From Bilabrum cf. latius (lineage: Eukaryota): DNA of 64,000 nucleotides. Each line of letters opens with the position of its first letter. Positions within the stretch are counted from its first letter, which is position 1. The stretch covers positions 434,001 through 498,000 of the forward strand of contig OZ237753.1 of assembly GCA_965178125.1 (NCBI GenBank), in the 5' to 3' direction. The position numbers were made by a program, and so were the translations under genes. A model generated the notes under the pieces. It had not been told where the DNA came from and did not search any database. It saw only the letters and a program-made list of their open reading frames with translations. Shown here piece by piece: positions 62,224 to 64,000 of this stretch.

Positions 62224-62811
62224 TCACCCGAGCTTCTCGATGTCCGCCATGATCGTCTCGGGCGTATCCCGCGCGCCATATGCCTTCACGAACTTGCCAT
62301 CCTTGGTGTACAGGTACTTGCAAAAGTTCCAGGATGGCTCCACCCCGCTGTCCTTAACGAGAGTTGCGAACAACGACGACTGCGCGCTTCCCTTCACGTC
62401 GGCTTTGGCAAGCAGAGGGAACACTTCCTCGGGCTTCTTTCCTACGTATTTGCTCGCGAATGCGAGGATCTCCTCGTTGCTACCGGGCTCCTGTTTTCCA
62501 AACTGGTTGCAAGGCTGACCGATCACCGTGGCCTTGCCGCCGTCCTGGATAGTTTGCAGGCCGACGTAGTGGGGCGTGAATCCGCACCTGCAAGTGCATA
62601 ATTTAGTCAATGACTCCCATGATTCACATCTGCTTACATGCAGCCCAGGTGTTCTTACAAAAGGCACCGGCGGACACGGCACATGTCAATCTCACTTGCT
62701 TGCCACATTTGTCACCAAGACTGGTTTGTCACCGGCCAGCTCGCCAATCGTAGCCTCTGAGCCGTCAATTTTCGCTACCTTAATGTCCCTAACAGTTCCA
62801 GCTCCTGCCAT
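62224..62811 (-). CDS. Glutathione peroxidase family protein, Cys-type; intron 62695-62588
   Basis: The spliced product contains NVASKCGFT, PCNQFGKQEPG and WNFCKYL. The intron is 108 nt, GTGAGA..GCAG. Confidence 0.9.
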
Positions 62812-63125
62812 TATCGGTTCGAAAATGAGATGTGACGTGGCAGTTGCACATGCAAGCTGTGAGGCATTGGATGCCGATCGGAGCGAATACTTCCGGAAAG
62901 TCGGCGTGCGTGGTGAGAGAGCATGATCAATGAATGTTGCTTGGCTCATACATGATCGTAGTGCGTCACCATGGCGACTATGGCAGGCGCAATCCAAGCT
63001 GACGGCACCACCAACCCTCGCAGGCAACCACTTGGTGGCCTAGAGAGCTGGGAATTGCAAGCGTTGTTAGTCTACCCCATCTTAGTTCGTTCAGCCGCAG
63101 TGATTTCAGCCCGAGCCAATGCTGC

Positions 63126-64000
63126 TCAGAAATCCAGGCAGTTACCCAGGCTCCTGCCCTGCTTCTCGAGCGTCAGGCAGTACCACCCCAGTGCCCCCTT
63201 GGAGAAATTGTTCGGGGGCCGACCGCACTCGACCGTGTCTCTGGCGAACGCCCCAGACACGTTGTATCCATGGTACTGCATGTAGTAGCTCCCAGAGAAC
63301 TCCCCCGTCCGGTCGCAACCAGCCTCACAGTGCATGTCCATGACAAGGGGCAGTCCGGACGGGTGCGGCGTGGTCAGCATGCGACGCACGTTGCTCAGGC
63401 GCTCCGGGAGCTGGTCAATGGCCCACAGCACGTCCGTGTTGTTGACGAGATAGTCCCGGATGTCGGCTGGGGTGTCCTGCGAGCAAGAATCCGAGCATGT
63501 GCGGCTGAAGATGCACGGCGCTGTGAAGGGAGAACTGGTGATTCGCAACCCAGAACAACGCCAAAACGTCAGTGATATCACAATACATCGGTAGAGGGAG
63601 GCCGTGTTAACTCCTAAAACTCACTTCAGGTGGCAGCAGGGCTCCGACAAGGAGGTACTCCGTGAGGTTAGCGTTCGGGGGGTTCTTCGCAAAGTAGTCG
63701 AGCTCAAGGTAGTAGTCAGCCTCAAACGGATTGTCGAAAGAGATATCTAGGAAGAAAAATTCTGATGGCAGCGAAAGTCCAGCTTCTTGGGCCCTTTTCG
63801 CCATGAACTAGTCCAGCTCCTGTCGTGCAAACGTGTCATTCACCCTCGGGAAGTTGCTCCTGAACAGAAAATTGGTAATGCCAGCGCTAACGTTGTAGTG
63901 ATCAACTAGGTGCGTCCGGCTGTACTCTAGATTCTCGGCCGATGCCTACTTTGTTGCGGTAGCAAGCACCAAACCTGCTGCAACTATTCCTGGCAAATTT
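63126..64000 (-). CDS. PTP/dual-specificity phosphatase-like protein, probably secreted; 5' end outside the window; intron ~63624-63477
   Basis: It has the catalytic loop HCEAGCDRTG, an upstream exon HLVDHY..NFLFRSNFP and a hydrophobic N-terminal stretch. Contains in-frame TAGs and ends in TGA. Confidence 0.75.

Noticed and set aside
62692-62694. In-frame TGA right after NVASK in the GPX gene, exactly where selenocysteine would sit
   Set aside because: It is part of the intron donor (AA|GTGAGA). Splicing to 62587 gives AAG TGC (Lys-Cys), and the unspliced frame hits another TGA two codons later.

Overview
Gene-dense, GC-rich eukaryotic (protist-like) nuclear DNA with few, short GT-AG introns. 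The ORF track is fragmented because this genome does not use the standard code. Conserved genes stay in one frame across many in-frame TAG codons (about 16 in the ABCC transporter alone) and show no internal TAA/TGA, so UAG is a sense codon, most probably Gln. Genes end mostly in TGA and rarely in TAA. Re-read with UAG=Gln, the window holds a Clu-domain protein, an ABCC transporter, a ~2050-aa hypothetical protein, a 50-aa Cys-rich microprotein, Tim9, an EF-hand protein, malic enzyme, a divergent eRF1-like release factor, four tandem paralogues of an unrecognised MGC-starting family, TTLL9, an EF-hand/WD40 giant, an mRNA guanylyltransferase, Costars/ABRACL, a PAP16/DCR2-like phosphoesterase, an amino-acid permease, a Cys-GPX and a PTP-like protein. 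Nested non-autonomous TIR elements at ~17.4-22.4 kb carry a 310-bp tandem array. The top candidate for a new system is the eRF1-like gene: it is split by a +1 frameshift exactly at CUU-UGA-C, the bacterial RF2 autoregulatory motif, in an organism with a reassigned stop codon. All family assignments are from motif recognition, not database searches.
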